A stretch of 64,000 bases of DNA from NCBI GenBank assembly GCA_965267575.1, contig OZ254086.1, forward strand, positions 4,544,001 through 4,608,000, read 5' to 3'. Under the pieces are notes generated by a model. It was not told where the DNA came from, searched no databases, and saw only the letters and a program-made list of their open reading frames with translations. The translations under genes and the position numbers were made by a program. Positions 1-9,606 of this stretch are shown one piece after another (position 1 is the first letter of the stretch; every line of letters begins with the position of its first letter). The DNA comes from Calditrichales bacterium (GTDB lineage: Bacteria; Calditrichota; Calditrichia; Calditrichales; J004).

Positions 1-168
1 GTCCCGTTCTTTAAAGACAGCGTTAAGCATACGACTTTTTTAAGGCACACTCAAGTATTATTATAAAAATCGTAAAAAAGTAAATAAAATTCTTATAGCA
101 TTTATTGCTTCACATTGAATTTTTATATTTGATTTGATCTAACTTAATCAAGCGAGGATGACTTTACC

Positions 169-606
169 ATGACAAAATATAATCTTGCTATTTTGACACT
201 GGCCTTAATGGCTGTTGCCTGTAATACGCAAATGCGAAATCAAGCAGAACAAAATCAGTCAGAACAATATGTAGGATTTGAAAACTTCGACTTTTACGGA
301 GATTCTACTTATATAAGCCAAGCTATGCAGTTTGATAAAGTCGATGTAAAACCGGAAATCATAGAGAAGGCATTACCTGGATATCCGGATGCTGCAAGAA
401 GGGCTGGACGACAAGGAATTGTAGTTCTACGAACCGTAATTGACGAGCAAGGCAAAGTTATTTTTGCAGGGATAGCCAAACCTGTTCTTGGCTTAAATGA
501 TGTCTCTTTGGAAGCTATAATAAAATCTACATTTAAGCCGGCTATACATAAGGGCAAGCCTGTAAAAGTCATTTGGGATATTCCATACGATTTCAAACTC
601 TTTTAA
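169..606 (+). CDS. TonB C-terminal domain lipoprotein
   Basis: Lipobox LMAVA-C. C-terminal 'YPDAARRAGRQGIVVLRTVIDEQGKV...FKPAIHKGKPVKV...PYDF' matches the TonB_C pattern. SD 'gagga' upstream. Confidence 0.8.
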   Translation: MTKYNLAILTLALMAVACNTQMRNQAEQNQSEQYVGFENFDFYGDSTYISQAMQFDKVDVKPEIIEKALPGYPDAARRAGRQGIVVLRTVIDEQGKVIFAGIAKPVLGLNDVSLEAIIKSTFKPAIHKGKPVKVIWDIPYDFKLF

Positions 607-687
607 TATACTTTGCTCTATAGTTGCCGACGCAAAACAATTCCCCTAAAATAGCACTATTCAAAACAGCTAAGGGAGGACAATGCC

Positions 688-1086
688 ATGAGCAACCGCA
701 TCGTTCATTTTGAGATACATGCCGCCGATCCCAAAAGGGCTATGGGTTTTTACAGCGCTGTTTTCGGCTGGGAATTCCCTGAGTGGATGAAAGAGCCGCC
801 CTACTGGGGCGCCATGACCGCGCCGGAAGGCAGCAATGAGACCGGCATCAACGGGGGATTGATGGTGCGACAAGGCGAGCCGCCGAAGGACGGGCAGCCC
901 GTAAACGCCTATGTCTGCACGGTGCAGGTCGAGGATTACGACACCACCCACGACAAAATCATCAATGCCGGCGGGAAGGTTGCCCTGCCCAAAATGGCAA
1001 TACCCGGCATGGCCTGGCAAGGCTATTACAAAGACACCGAAGGCAACATTTTCGGTATACACCAGCCGGACCCGAACGCAAAATAA
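688..1086 (+). CDS. VOC/glyoxalase family protein
   Basis: 'VHFEIHAADPKRAMGFYSAVFGW' and 'KDTEGNIFGI' motifs. SD 'gggagga'. Confidence 0.9.
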   Translation: MSNRIVHFEIHAADPKRAMGFYSAVFGWEFPEWMKEPPYWGAMTAPEGSNETGINGGLMVRQGEPPKDGQPVNAYVCTVQVEDYDTTHDKIINAGGKVALPKMAIPGMAWQGYYKDTEGNIFGIHQPDPNAK

Positions 1087-1099
1087 TAATTCGGCATCG

Positions 1100-1132
1100 C
1101 GGGCGTTGCGGCGTATGTGGCGCCCTTTTTTT
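1100..1132 (+). terminator. Probable intrinsic terminator
   Basis: GGGCGTTGC...GTGGCGCCC stem (with G-U pairs) followed by a T-run, just after the VOC gene. Confidence 0.6.
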
Positions 1133-1248
1133 ACTCTAAAGATGGCCGGTACCCGCCCTCTCCCCTTCAAATAAAAAAGATAAAATAGTTCTATTTACCC
1201 GCCTCACAAAGAATGTAAATTCCGCCTTTCACACCTCGGGACAGGCGT

Positions 1249-3048
1249 ATGAACTACATTGATTATATTATCATCTTCTGTTATCTCGGCGGCATGATTG
1301 TCATTGGCTTTATGCTGCAAAAGCGGGCGTCGGCCAACATAGACGCCTATTTTCTTGGTAACCGTAAAATACCATGGTGGGCGCTGGCTTCATCAGGGAT
1401 GGCATCCAACCTCGATGTAAGCGGCACAATGATCAACACGGCTTTTATTTTTGCGCTGGGAGCCAGCGGTTTCTTCGTGGAATTGCGCGGGGGCGTTACC
1501 CTGATCATGGCATTCCTGATGATTTTCCAGGGTAAGTGGAACCGGCGCGCGCTGGTCATGACCCTGGCCGAGTGGATGCATTTTCGATTTGGCAAAGACA
1601 AACAGGGCGACGCCGCCCGGCTGATTGCCGCCATTTCAATCATAATCGTCACCATCGCGATGATCACTTATTTTGCCATCGGCTCCGGCAAATTCATCGA
1701 CGAGTTCCTGGGTATCCCGGCCTTCTGGGGCCTGCCGTCGGAATTCTGGGCAGCAACGCTGATGATCTTTCTGGCTATGATCTACACGGTGGCCAGCGGC
1801 TTGTACGGCGTTGTTTGGACTGATGTTTTCCAGGCCACGCTGATCTTCATCGCCATAGCCTATATCTGCGTCACCGCCTTCACACAAATCACGCTGCCGG
1901 AGAGTTTTAACGTATCGATGCCGCTTAAGGACGGCGGCTTTATGACTGTGCCGACGACCCGTGAAGAATGGACCAGCGTTATCCCGTCGTGGACGCTGGA
2001 CATTAACCCGGCCTCCGCTTACTCCATTTACAATATGTTCGGGATCGCTATCCTTTTCTACCTGATCAAAGTCACCATTGAGGGCAGCGGCGGTACCAGC
2101 CAGTATATGATCCAGCGTTTTTTCGCGTCTCGCAGCGACCGGGAATCGGGTCTGCTTTCTTTGCTGTGGACTTTCCTGCTCTCTTTCCGCTGGCCCTTTA
2201 TCGCTGCTATTGCCATTATGGGTATCGCCCTCGGCAACATAGAAGATCCGGAAAGAACGCTGCCCGCCGTGATCAACCAGTTCGCGCCCATGGGGATAAA
2301 AGGGCTGCTTGTGGCCGGCCTGATGGCAGCGGCCATGTCAACATTCGATTCCACCGTAAACGCCGGCGCGGCCTACTGGGTAAAGGATATCTACCAGACA
2401 TACATCAATCCCAAAGCGACGGCGAAGCAGCTTATCACGCACGGCCGATGGGCTTCGGTTTTAATTGTGGCGGCGGGGCTAGGCTTTATGCTGCTGATCG
2501 AAAACATCAATGATATTTGGGGTTGGATTACTTCCAGCCTTGGCGCGGGTTTGCTGATCCCCACCCTTGCCCGCTGGTACTGGTGGCGCATGAATGGCAG
2601 CGGCTTTGCGGCAGGAACGGTAGCCGGTATGCTGGCTGCTGTTCTGCAAAAAATATTTCTGCCCGGCCTGGAAGAGTATTTCGCGTTTACGATAGCGACT
2701 ATCTGCTCGCTGGCAGGCATGGTCATTGGTACCTACCTGGCCAAACCCACGGATGAAAATGTGCTGCTGGAGTTTTATAAAAGAACGCGGCCGTTCGGAT
2801 GGTGGGGACCCGTGCGCAAAAAGATACCCGGCAGCGTTTTACTGCAGATAAACAGCGAAAACCGCCGCGACATTATCTCGACCTTTTTTGCCGTTCCCTG
2901 GCAGGTGGTACTCTTCCTGACCGGTATGATGATAATTTTTAAGCGCTGGGATGAGTTTGGCTGGCTCCTACTGTTATTGATCCTGCTCTCCGCCGCCCTT
3001 TACTTCAACTGGTTCAGGCACCTGTCCAAAGAAGTGAAGGTCGATTAG
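1249..3048 (+). CDS. Sodium:solute symporter (SSS) family protein
   Basis: 'YFLGNRKIPWWALASS', 'YTVASGLYGVVWTDVFQ' and 'GLLVAGLMAAAMSTFDS' motifs; many TM segments. Confidence 0.92.
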   Translation: MNYIDYIIIFCYLGGMIVIGFMLQKRASANIDAYFLGNRKIPWWALASSGMASNLDVSGTMINTAFIFALGASGFFVELRGGVTLIMAFLMIFQGKWNRRALVMTLAEWMHFRFGKDKQGDAARLIAAISIIIVTIAMITYFAIGSGKFIDEFLGIPAFWGLPSEFWAATLMIFLAMIYTVASGLYGVVWTDVFQATLIFIAIAYICVTAFTQITLPESFNVSMPLKDGGFMTVPTTREEWTSVIPSWTLDINPASAYSIYNMFGIAILFYLIKVTIEGSGGTSQYMIQRFFASRSDRESGLLSLLWTFLLSFRWPFIAAIAIMGIALGNIEDPERTLPAVINQFAPMGIKGLLVAGLMAAAMSTFDSTVNAGAAYWVKDIYQTYINPKATAKQLITHGRWASVLIVAAGLGFMLLIENINDIWGWITSSLGAGLLIPTLARWYWWRMNGSGFAAGTVAGMLAAVLQKIFLPGLEEYFAFTIATICSLAGMVIGTYLAKPTDENVLLEFYKRTRPFGWWGPVRKKIPGSVLLQINSENRRDIISTFFAVPWQVVLFLTGMMIIFKRWDEFGWLLLLLILLSAALYFNWFRHLSKEVKVD

Positions 3049-4364
3049 GCGCCGCGCTTTCGCCAGAACAGGTAGGCCGGCAGCCCCAGCAGGATGATCA
3101 GCAGGCCCAGCAAAACATCGCCCGGTGTTTCAATAAGCGTGTTGAGCACCAGCAATGCCGACGCGGCGATAAAAACAATCGGCACCAGCGGATAACCCCA
3201 GGTGCGGTAAGGACGCGGCGCATCCGGCCATTTTTTGCGCAGCACAATAACGGCGCCGGCGGTCATGGCGTAAAAAATCCAGGCGGCAAAGATCACGTAG
3301 GTGAAAAGCTGCTCAAAGGTGCCGGTTAGCGTCAGCAGCGCCGACCAGATGCCCTGCACGATGATTGAGATGTGCGGCGTTTTGTAGCGCGAGTGGATTT
3401 CGCCGAGCTTTGCAAAAAAGACTTTGTCGCGGGCCATGGCGTAGGTGATGCGCGGCCCGGAAAGGATCATGCCGTTTACCGTGCCAAAAGTTGAAATAAG
3501 CACAGCACCGGCAATAAGCGCCGTACCGATGGGCCCCAGGATAGCGTTGGCCGTATCGGCGGCAACAAGCCGTGAACCGGCCATAACCGGCAGCGGCAGC
3601 ACATAGCTGTAAGCCAGCGTGGCCAGGGTGTAAACGGCCAGAACAACGGCCATGCCCAAAAATAAGGCGCGCGGAATCTTACGTTGCGGATCGCGCACTT
3701 CCGCGGCCACATAGGTTACATTGTTCCAGCCGTCATACGCCCACAGCGCGGCTACCATGGCCGTGCCGAAGGCGCCAAGCAAAGTAAACCTGAATTCTGC
3801 CGGGAAAAGCGGTTCAAACGAACTCTGGCTGCGATCGGCCAGCAGAAAGGCAAGCAGGATCAGCGCCACAAGAGCAGCCACTTTAAGAAAGGTGAAAACA
3901 TTTTGAACCATGGCGCCGGCCTTTACGCCAAGGTAGTTGACGATCGTCAGCAAGGCGATACAGGCGATGGCCACCAGCGTCACGCCGCTTTCCGCCAGTG
4001 GAAAGAAATAGCCCAGGTAGAGCGCAAAAGCCACGGCCACGGCGGCGATCGAGCCCGCTTTTATGACCAGAAACTCCGTCCAGCCAAAAAGAAAGGCCCA
4101 CAATTTGCCATAGGCTTCGCGCAGGTAAGCGTACTGCCCGCCGGCATGCGGGATGATGCTGCCCAACTCGGCGTAGGAAAGCGCGCCAAACAACGACAAC
4201 ACACCGGCCAGCAGCCAGACGGCGATCACCAGCCCGAAGCTGCCTACTTCCCGGGCAATATCGGACGGAACCAGGAAAATACCCGAGCCAACCACGGAAC
4301 CAACCAGGATCATCGTGGCGTCCATCAGGTTCAGCGAGCGGCTTGGTTTACTCTGATCGTTCAT
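3045..4364 (-). CDS. APC superfamily amino acid permease
   Basis: 'VGSVVGSGIF', 'GALSYAELGS', 'WAYDGWNN', 'PRPYRTWGYP'. Start moved to ATG 4364 to avoid overlap with DedA. Confidence 0.92.
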   Translation of the reverse strand: MNDQSKPSRSLNLMDATMILVGSVVGSGIFLVPSDIAREVGSFGLVIAVWLLAGVLSLFGALSYAELGSIIPHAGGQYAYLREAYGKLWAFLFGWTEFLVIKAGSIAAVAVAFALYLGYFFPLAESGVTLVAIACIALLTIVNYLGVKAGAMVQNVFTFLKVAALVALILLAFLLADRSQSSFEPLFPAEFRFTLLGAFGTAMVAALWAYDGWNNVTYVAAEVRDPQRKIPRALFLGMAVVLAVYTLATLAYSYVLPLPVMAGSRLVAADTANAILGPIGTALIAGAVLISTFGTVNGMILSGPRITYAMARDKVFFAKLGEIHSRYKTPHISIIVQGIWSALLTLTGTFEQLFTYVIFAAWIFYAMTAGAVIVLRKKWPDAPRPYRTWGYPLVPIVFIAASALLVLNTLIETPGDVLLGLLIILLGLPAYLFWRKRGA

Positions 4365-4383
4365 AGCTTTTGTCCGCAAGGTT

Positions 4384-5019
4384 TTATGGTGTACCGAGTT
4401 TTCGTCCTGCCACATAGGCTCGCCCGATCTCAAAAACAGCAGGCAGAAGAGAAATAATTATAATCGCCATTATGGCAATCGAAAAATTATTTTTAATGAG
4501 TGGTAAATGCCCGAAAAGCCTCCCCGCCTGCACAAACACACAAACCCAGACGATGGCGCCGCTTACGTTGAAAAACAGGAAACGGCCGTAATCCATCCGC
4601 GCGATGCCGGCTACAAAAGGCGCAAACGTACGCATCAGCGGGATGAACCGTGCCAGCACAATAGTCTTGCCACCGTGCCGCTCATAAAAGTGTTGTGCCG
4701 CCAGCAAATGCTTCTGCTTTATAAAACGGCTGTTCAAGCTATAGGCCCTGTGTCCCAGCACATATCCGATATGATAGTTTACGCTGTCTCCCAGTATGGC
4801 GGCGGCGCACAAAAGCAGCATAAGCAGCCAGTGATCGAGCAGGCCACCGGCGCTGAGCATGCCGGCCGCAAACAGCAACGAATCGCCCGGCAAAAACGGC
4901 GTTACCACGAGCCCGGTTTCGCAAAAAACAATCGCGAAAAGGATCGGGTAAGTCCACAAACCGTATGCGTTGAGCAGGTTATGCAAATGCACATCTAAAT
5001 GAATAAAATATTCCAGCAT
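4384..5019 (-). CDS. dedA: DedA family membrane protein
   Basis: 'FCETGLVVTPFLPGDSLLFAAG' and 'GGKTIVLARFIP...RTFAPFVAG' are diagnostic. Confidence 0.93.
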   Translation of the reverse strand: MLEYFIHLDVHLHNLLNAYGLWTYPILFAIVFCETGLVVTPFLPGDSLLFAAGMLSAGGLLDHWLLMLLLCAAAILGDSVNYHIGYVLGHRAYSLNSRFIKQKHLLAAQHFYERHGGKTIVLARFIPLMRTFAPFVAGIARMDYGRFLFFNVSGAIVWVCVFVQAGRLFGHLPLIKNNFSIAIMAIIIISLLPAVFEIGRAYVAGRKLGTP

Positions 5020-5054
5020 ATACTTAGCTTTTTCTCCCTAGCGCCACAGGCGTA

Positions 5055-5210
5055 TTATGTTGTTGCGTTAAAATTGTTAGGGTTATTTTTTTGATTGTCT
5101 TTTTTCCTGCCGCCCAGGATACGCCCAAAACAAAAAATGTTCAGCGATATGATCGCGCTCCAGGCAACGACAACAAAAATCCAACCGGTTAAAGTCAGTC
5201 CGTTTTCCAT
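5055..5210 (-). CDS. Small single-TM protein (51 aa), probable MetS-like small subunit of the NSS transporter
   Basis: Not in the ORF track. Hand translation gives MENGLTLTGWIFVVVAWSAIISLNIFCFGRILGGRKKDNQKNNPNNFNATT. SD 'AAAGGA' upstream; starts 12 nt after the NSS stop. Confidence 0.7.
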   Translation of the reverse strand: MENGLTLTGWIFVVVAWSAIISLNIFCFGRILGGRKKDNQKNNPNNFNATT

Positions 5211-5222
5211 AGTCTAATCCTT

Positions 5223-6815
5223 TCAGTCTTCGCGACTTATATGATCGCGCATGGTGCGGTTACGGTAAGCCCGGATCAAAAGCAGCAGGGCCGTAAGCGT
5301 CAACAGCGCCATCATGGCCCGGGCGCCCCACAGGTAGGGGATATCTTCGCTGCTCTTATCCGCCATCAGCAGAATGGGGATGCCGTCCTGTATGCCCCAG
5401 AACAGCAGTAAGCCGATGCAGAAAACCGGGGTGACATATTTAATAATAAACCTGAAAATCTTCGGTACGGCGATATCTGCCCCGGCGTTGATCTCCTGCC
5501 AGCCGCGTTTCATGCCAAAGACCCAGGCAAACAGCACCACTTCGATAAGCGCAAAAACCACCAGCCCAAAAGTGCCGGCCCAGAAATCCATTTCATCAAG
5601 GAAGCCGTGTTTTAAGAACAGTACAACGGGCAGGCCGCACAAAAGCAGGACGGTTCCGATCCACCCGGCAGCCTGGCGGCGGGTCAGTTTCATCTGATCT
5701 TGCAAAAAAGCCATGGCCGGGGAGCACAGCGCCACGGACGAGGTAATGCCGGCAAAGAACAGCAGCAGAAACCAGAGCATACCGAAAAGCCCGCCCAGCG
5801 GCATCTGCTGGAAAATTACGGGCATGGCAATAAAGCCCAGGTCAAACGCCCCGCCCTGCGCAATTACCTGCGTTTGGGCAATGCCAAAAAAGGCAACGGC
5901 AATAGGAATGGCGATACTGGCGCCCAGGATAACCTCGGCAAATTCATTGGTCATTGAAGTAGTCAGGCCGGTCAGAGCAATATCATCTTTCATTTTAAGG
6001 TAGCTGGCATAGGTGAGGATGCTGCCCGTGCCCACGCTAAGAGTAAAGAAAATCTGCCCTGCTGCCGCCAGCCATGTTTTGGCCTCGCCAATGGCGCTGA
6101 AATCGGGATTCCATAGCCAGGCAAAACCGTTATAGACCGTATTTTCGGGCTGAGCCGGGTCAGGAACGGGTAAGGTCCACACACGCACAACCAGCACGAT
6201 GGCAAAGACAAACAGCAGCGGCAGGGCGATTTTAGCCAGTTTTTCAATGCCGCCGGAGATACCGCGCGACAGCACATAAACATTCAGCGCAACTGTAATG
6301 AGAAAGAACGTCAGTGCTGTTGAAAGTCCCGAAAAATAGCTGTTGCCGGTTTTTCCCTGGTAGCCTCCAAGGAAATCACGCATCTGGTCAAACTGCATCA
6401 GGCCGCCATAATGCCCGCTCGCCGAAAAAACGCTGTAAGCCAATGTCCAGGATTCTATGTAGGTGTAGTAAATGGCAAAGGCCAGCGGAATGGAGATACC
6501 GAGCACTCCCAGAATGTTGGCTATGCGTGCGGACTTAAGAGACCTTGTAAGGGTTCCTAGAGCGCCTACCGAGGAACCAAAACCAAACCTTCCACCACGG
6601 CGGCCGATGGTCCATTCCACCCACATCAGCGGAATACCCAGCAACAGCAAGGCGATAAAATAAGGGATCATGAAAGCGCCGCCGCCGTTTTCGGCCGCCT
6701 TTACCGGGAAGCGTAGAAAATTGCCCAGCCCAATGGCGTTTCCGGCCATGGCCAAAATGAGGCCGATGCGTGTGGCCCACAATTCGCGTGATCTGCTTTT
6801 TACAGACTTATCCAT
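5223..6815 (-). CDS. Sodium-dependent transporter, NSS (LeuT-like) family
   Basis: 'GLILAMAGNAIGLGNFLRFP...NGGGAFMIPY', 'WLAAAGQIFFTLS', 'LLFFAGITSS', 'LDEMDFWAGT'. Confidence 0.94.
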   Translation of the reverse strand: MDKSVKSRSRELWATRIGLILAMAGNAIGLGNFLRFPVKAAENGGGAFMIPYFIALLLLGIPLMWVEWTIGRRGGRFGFGSSVGALGTLTRSLKSARIANILGVLGISIPLAFAIYYTYIESWTLAYSVFSASGHYGGLMQFDQMRDFLGGYQGKTGNSYFSGLSTALTFFLITVALNVYVLSRGISGGIEKLAKIALPLLFVFAIVLVVRVWTLPVPDPAQPENTVYNGFAWLWNPDFSAIGEAKTWLAAAGQIFFTLSVGTGSILTYASYLKMKDDIALTGLTTSMTNEFAEVILGASIAIPIAVAFFGIAQTQVIAQGGAFDLGFIAMPVIFQQMPLGGLFGMLWFLLLFFAGITSSVALCSPAMAFLQDQMKLTRRQAAGWIGTVLLLCGLPVVLFLKHGFLDEMDFWAGTFGLVVFALIEVVLFAWVFGMKRGWQEINAGADIAVPKIFRFIIKYVTPVFCIGLLLFWGIQDGIPILLMADKSSEDIPYLWGARAMMALLTLTALLLLIRAYRNRTMRDHISRED

Positions 6816-7261
6816 AAACTGATTCCTTTGTTATTTGCGGGAGCGATCCGGTTCTAAATCTAAACCGGTATAAAAAAAGGCAGGGTTAAATATTATCGGT
6901 CGGCCGTAAACTGGCAGGAAGTAAAACGCGCAGTAGCCGGGAAACTCCGGGCGATGCTAAAAGAGCAAGGTTTTAAAATGATCTGGTTAAAGCGATCGCT
7001 TTTTATTAACACTTTTTGTTCTTTCGAAACAGATGCGGGTATTTTTTTGAGCATTTTACAAACTATTTTTCTACAATGTTTCATACTGAAAAACGGCGCA
7101 ATTTATTAAAGAATAAACGCGGTATCTATCAAAAACTTTTAAATTTTTAAGCAGGTTAGATTTGGGCTTAACCGGAACGTTTTTTGCTTATGCCGTAGAG
7201 AAATGCGTTTACCGGCAAAAGCAGTCCGATTGCGAATAAAAATCAAACAAAGGATAAAATT

Positions 7262-8785
7262 ATGCTGAAACATACAGCGGCTGTTTTGGCCCTTGCTTTT
7301 GCTGTTGCCGCGCAGAGTCCAAATATACAGTCTTATGATATTCTCATCAGCGGCGGAACGGTTATTGACGGCAGCGGAAGCAAAGGTTACCGGGCCGATG
7401 TACTGGTTAATGACGGAATGATCGTTCATATCGGTGATGTGGATACCAACGCGATCTCCGCGACAACTGTTATTGACGCCAGCGGGAAAGTGGTTTCGCC
7501 CGGGTTTATAGACAGCCACGCCCATGGCAATCCGTTGAAGACGCCGCAGTTCCACAACTTCAGTGCAATGGGCGTTACCACAATCGTGCTGGGACAGGAT
7601 GGTGCCAGCGCCAGAGATATCGGCCGATGGATGCAAGAAGTGGAAGCAGCGCGACCGGCCATCAACATTGCCACGCTTGTGGGCCACGGCAGCATGCGCA
7701 ATAAGGCAGGTATAGGATTGAATCCCGATCCGTCTGAAGAGCAACTGCGGCAGATGGCGGCACTGGTGGATGAAGCCCTGCAGGCCGGGGCTTTCGGGCT
7801 CTCCACGGGACTGGAGTACCAGCCGGGCACATTTTCAGACCTGGATGAGCTGATCGCCATCGGGAAGCCGGTTGGCAAACGGGGAAGCATCGTACACAGC
7901 CATACCCGTAACGAAGACAACGACGCTATCGACAGTTCGCTGGCAGAACTGTTTGCCATGGGTAAAGGCGCCGGTTGCGCCGTGCAGGTTTCACATTTGA
8001 AGGTCGTATACGGCAAAGGCATGGGGCGCGCTGAAGAGATCCTGGCGCAGATGGACGCGGCGCGAAAACGGGGACTCTCTGTCACAGCCGATATATATCC
8101 TTACACGGCCAGCTACACCGGCATCGGTATTGTTTTTCCCGATTGGGCGCTGCCGCCACACGATTACGATGAAGTGGTAGCGACAAAACGCGAAGAACTG
8201 GCTGCCTACCTGCGCAAACGCGTGAACCTGCGCAACGGACCGGAAGCCACACTGCTGGGCACGGCGCCATGGGCCGGTAAAACACTGGCACAAGTGGCGG
8301 CGGAATCGGGCAAGCCTTTCGAGGATGTGCTGATCGATGACATTGGTCCCCATGGCGCCAGCGCCGCTTACTTCGTCATGGACCGGGAACTGCAGGACCG
8401 CCTGTTTATCGATCCCCATGTGATGGCCTGCAGCGACGGCAGCCCGACCATGCGCCATCCGCGCGGCTACGGTTCTTTCGCCAAAGTGATCCGCTATTAC
8501 GTACGTGAACAAAAGCTGTTAACGCTGGAAGAAGCCATCCGCAAAATGAGCGGCCTGCCCGCTGAGACGCTGGGGCTTACCCGGCAAAAGCGTGGCTTGC
8601 TCAAGGAAGGTTTCGCCGCCGACATCCTGGTCTTTGATCCGGCTAAGGTAAATGATACGGCCACCTTCGAAAACCCGCATCAACTCGCCGAAGGTTTTGA
8701 CTGGGTGGTTGTAAACGGCGTGCTAGTATTTGGTGATGACGCGTTTACGGGAGCTGCTGGTGGAAAGATATTGAAAAAACGCTAA
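7262..8785 (+). CDS. Secreted N-acyl-D-amino-acid deacylase family amidohydrolase
   Basis: Signal peptide; 'SPGFIDSHAH', 'GAFGLSTGLEYQPG', 'CSDG...HPRGYGSF', 'LTLEEAIRKMSGLPA'. Confidence 0.88.
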   Translation: MLKHTAAVLALAFAVAAQSPNIQSYDILISGGTVIDGSGSKGYRADVLVNDGMIVHIGDVDTNAISATTVIDASGKVVSPGFIDSHAHGNPLKTPQFHNFSAMGVTTIVLGQDGASARDIGRWMQEVEAARPAINIATLVGHGSMRNKAGIGLNPDPSEEQLRQMAALVDEALQAGAFGLSTGLEYQPGTFSDLDELIAIGKPVGKRGSIVHSHTRNEDNDAIDSSLAELFAMGKGAGCAVQVSHLKVVYGKGMGRAEEILAQMDAARKRGLSVTADIYPYTASYTGIGIVFPDWALPPHDYDEVVATKREELAAYLRKRVNLRNGPEATLLGTAPWAGKTLAQVAAESGKPFEDVLIDDIGPHGASAAYFVMDRELQDRLFIDPHVMACSDGSPTMRHPRGYGSFAKVIRYYVREQKLLTLEEAIRKMSGLPAETLGLTRQKRGLLKEGFAADILVFDPAKVNDTATFENPHQLAEGFDWVVVNGVLVFGDDAFTGAAGGKILKKR

Positions 8786-8924
8786 GCGCCATCAAGGACT
8801 TTTCTTGACAAACCGCTTTGCCGGACGTTAATTATCCAAAAACCAGAAGGAATACTCCTTGAACGGGTGATAAGGATATAAAAATGGTATCGTCGTTATT
8901 AAAACACATAAGTGGAGAAAAAAA

Positions 8925-9143
8925 TTGGATACAAAAAAGCTCGTAGACGAAGCTATTGCCTTGCCAGTTGAAGAGAGAGCATTGCTGATTGACTGTCTGC
9001 TAAGAAGCCTTAACCCCATAGAGGAAGAAATTGAAAAAAAGTGGATCGAGGAGGCACGAAAAAGGCTGGAAGACGTCCGAAAGGGCAAAACAAAACTCAA
9101 ATCCGGGGAAAAAGTTTTCAGCGACATTTTATCAAAGCTTTAA
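8925..9143 (+). CDS. Addiction module antitoxin component
   Basis: 'ALPVEERALLIDCLLRSL...IEKKWIEEARKRL' pattern, immediately upstream of the toxin. TTG start after 'ggag'. Confidence 0.85.
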   Translation: MDTKKLVDEAIALPVEERALLIDCLLRSLNPIEEEIEKKWIEEARKRLEDVRKGKTKLKSGEKVFSDILSKL

Positions 9144-9437
9144 ATGAATTACTTCTTTTATCCCGAGGCCGAAAAGGAGCTTATTGAGGCTGTGGATTAT
9201 TACGAAGAAATCAGACAAAATCTTGGCCGGGATTTTGCCCTGGAGGTAAAGCTTGGGATAGAAAGAATCATATTGTTCCCGGAAGCCTGGCCCGAAATTG
9301 CTCAAGGCATAAGACGTAGTTTGCTTAAGCGCTTTCCCTATGGTCTTCTATATCATAGAGAAGAAGATTCAATATATATTTTAGCATTGATGAATCTTTA
9401 TAAAGAACCAGGCTATTGGAAAAACCGTACCAAATAA
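9144..9437 (+). CDS. RelE/ParE family type II toxin
   Basis: 'FYPEAEKELIEAVDYYE...LGRDF...RRSLLKRFPYGLLY...ILALM...PGYWKNR'. Confidence 0.88.
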   Translation: MNYFFYPEAEKELIEAVDYYEEIRQNLGRDFALEVKLGIERIILFPEAWPEIAQGIRRSLLKRFPYGLLYHREEDSIYILALMNLYKEPGYWKNRTK

Positions 9438-9606
9438 GCACGCCCTTTACCACCACCACACCAAAACGTTAAACACCTTACCGATCTTCTCATCAAACAG
9501 CCCCACTTTTTAAAGCACAGAAAGCGTGGCATTCTTATATTAGCCAAAATCCCGCTTCACAGTGCTATAAGCAAAATTCAATCAATAAAGAATAGAGGAT
9601 GTGATC

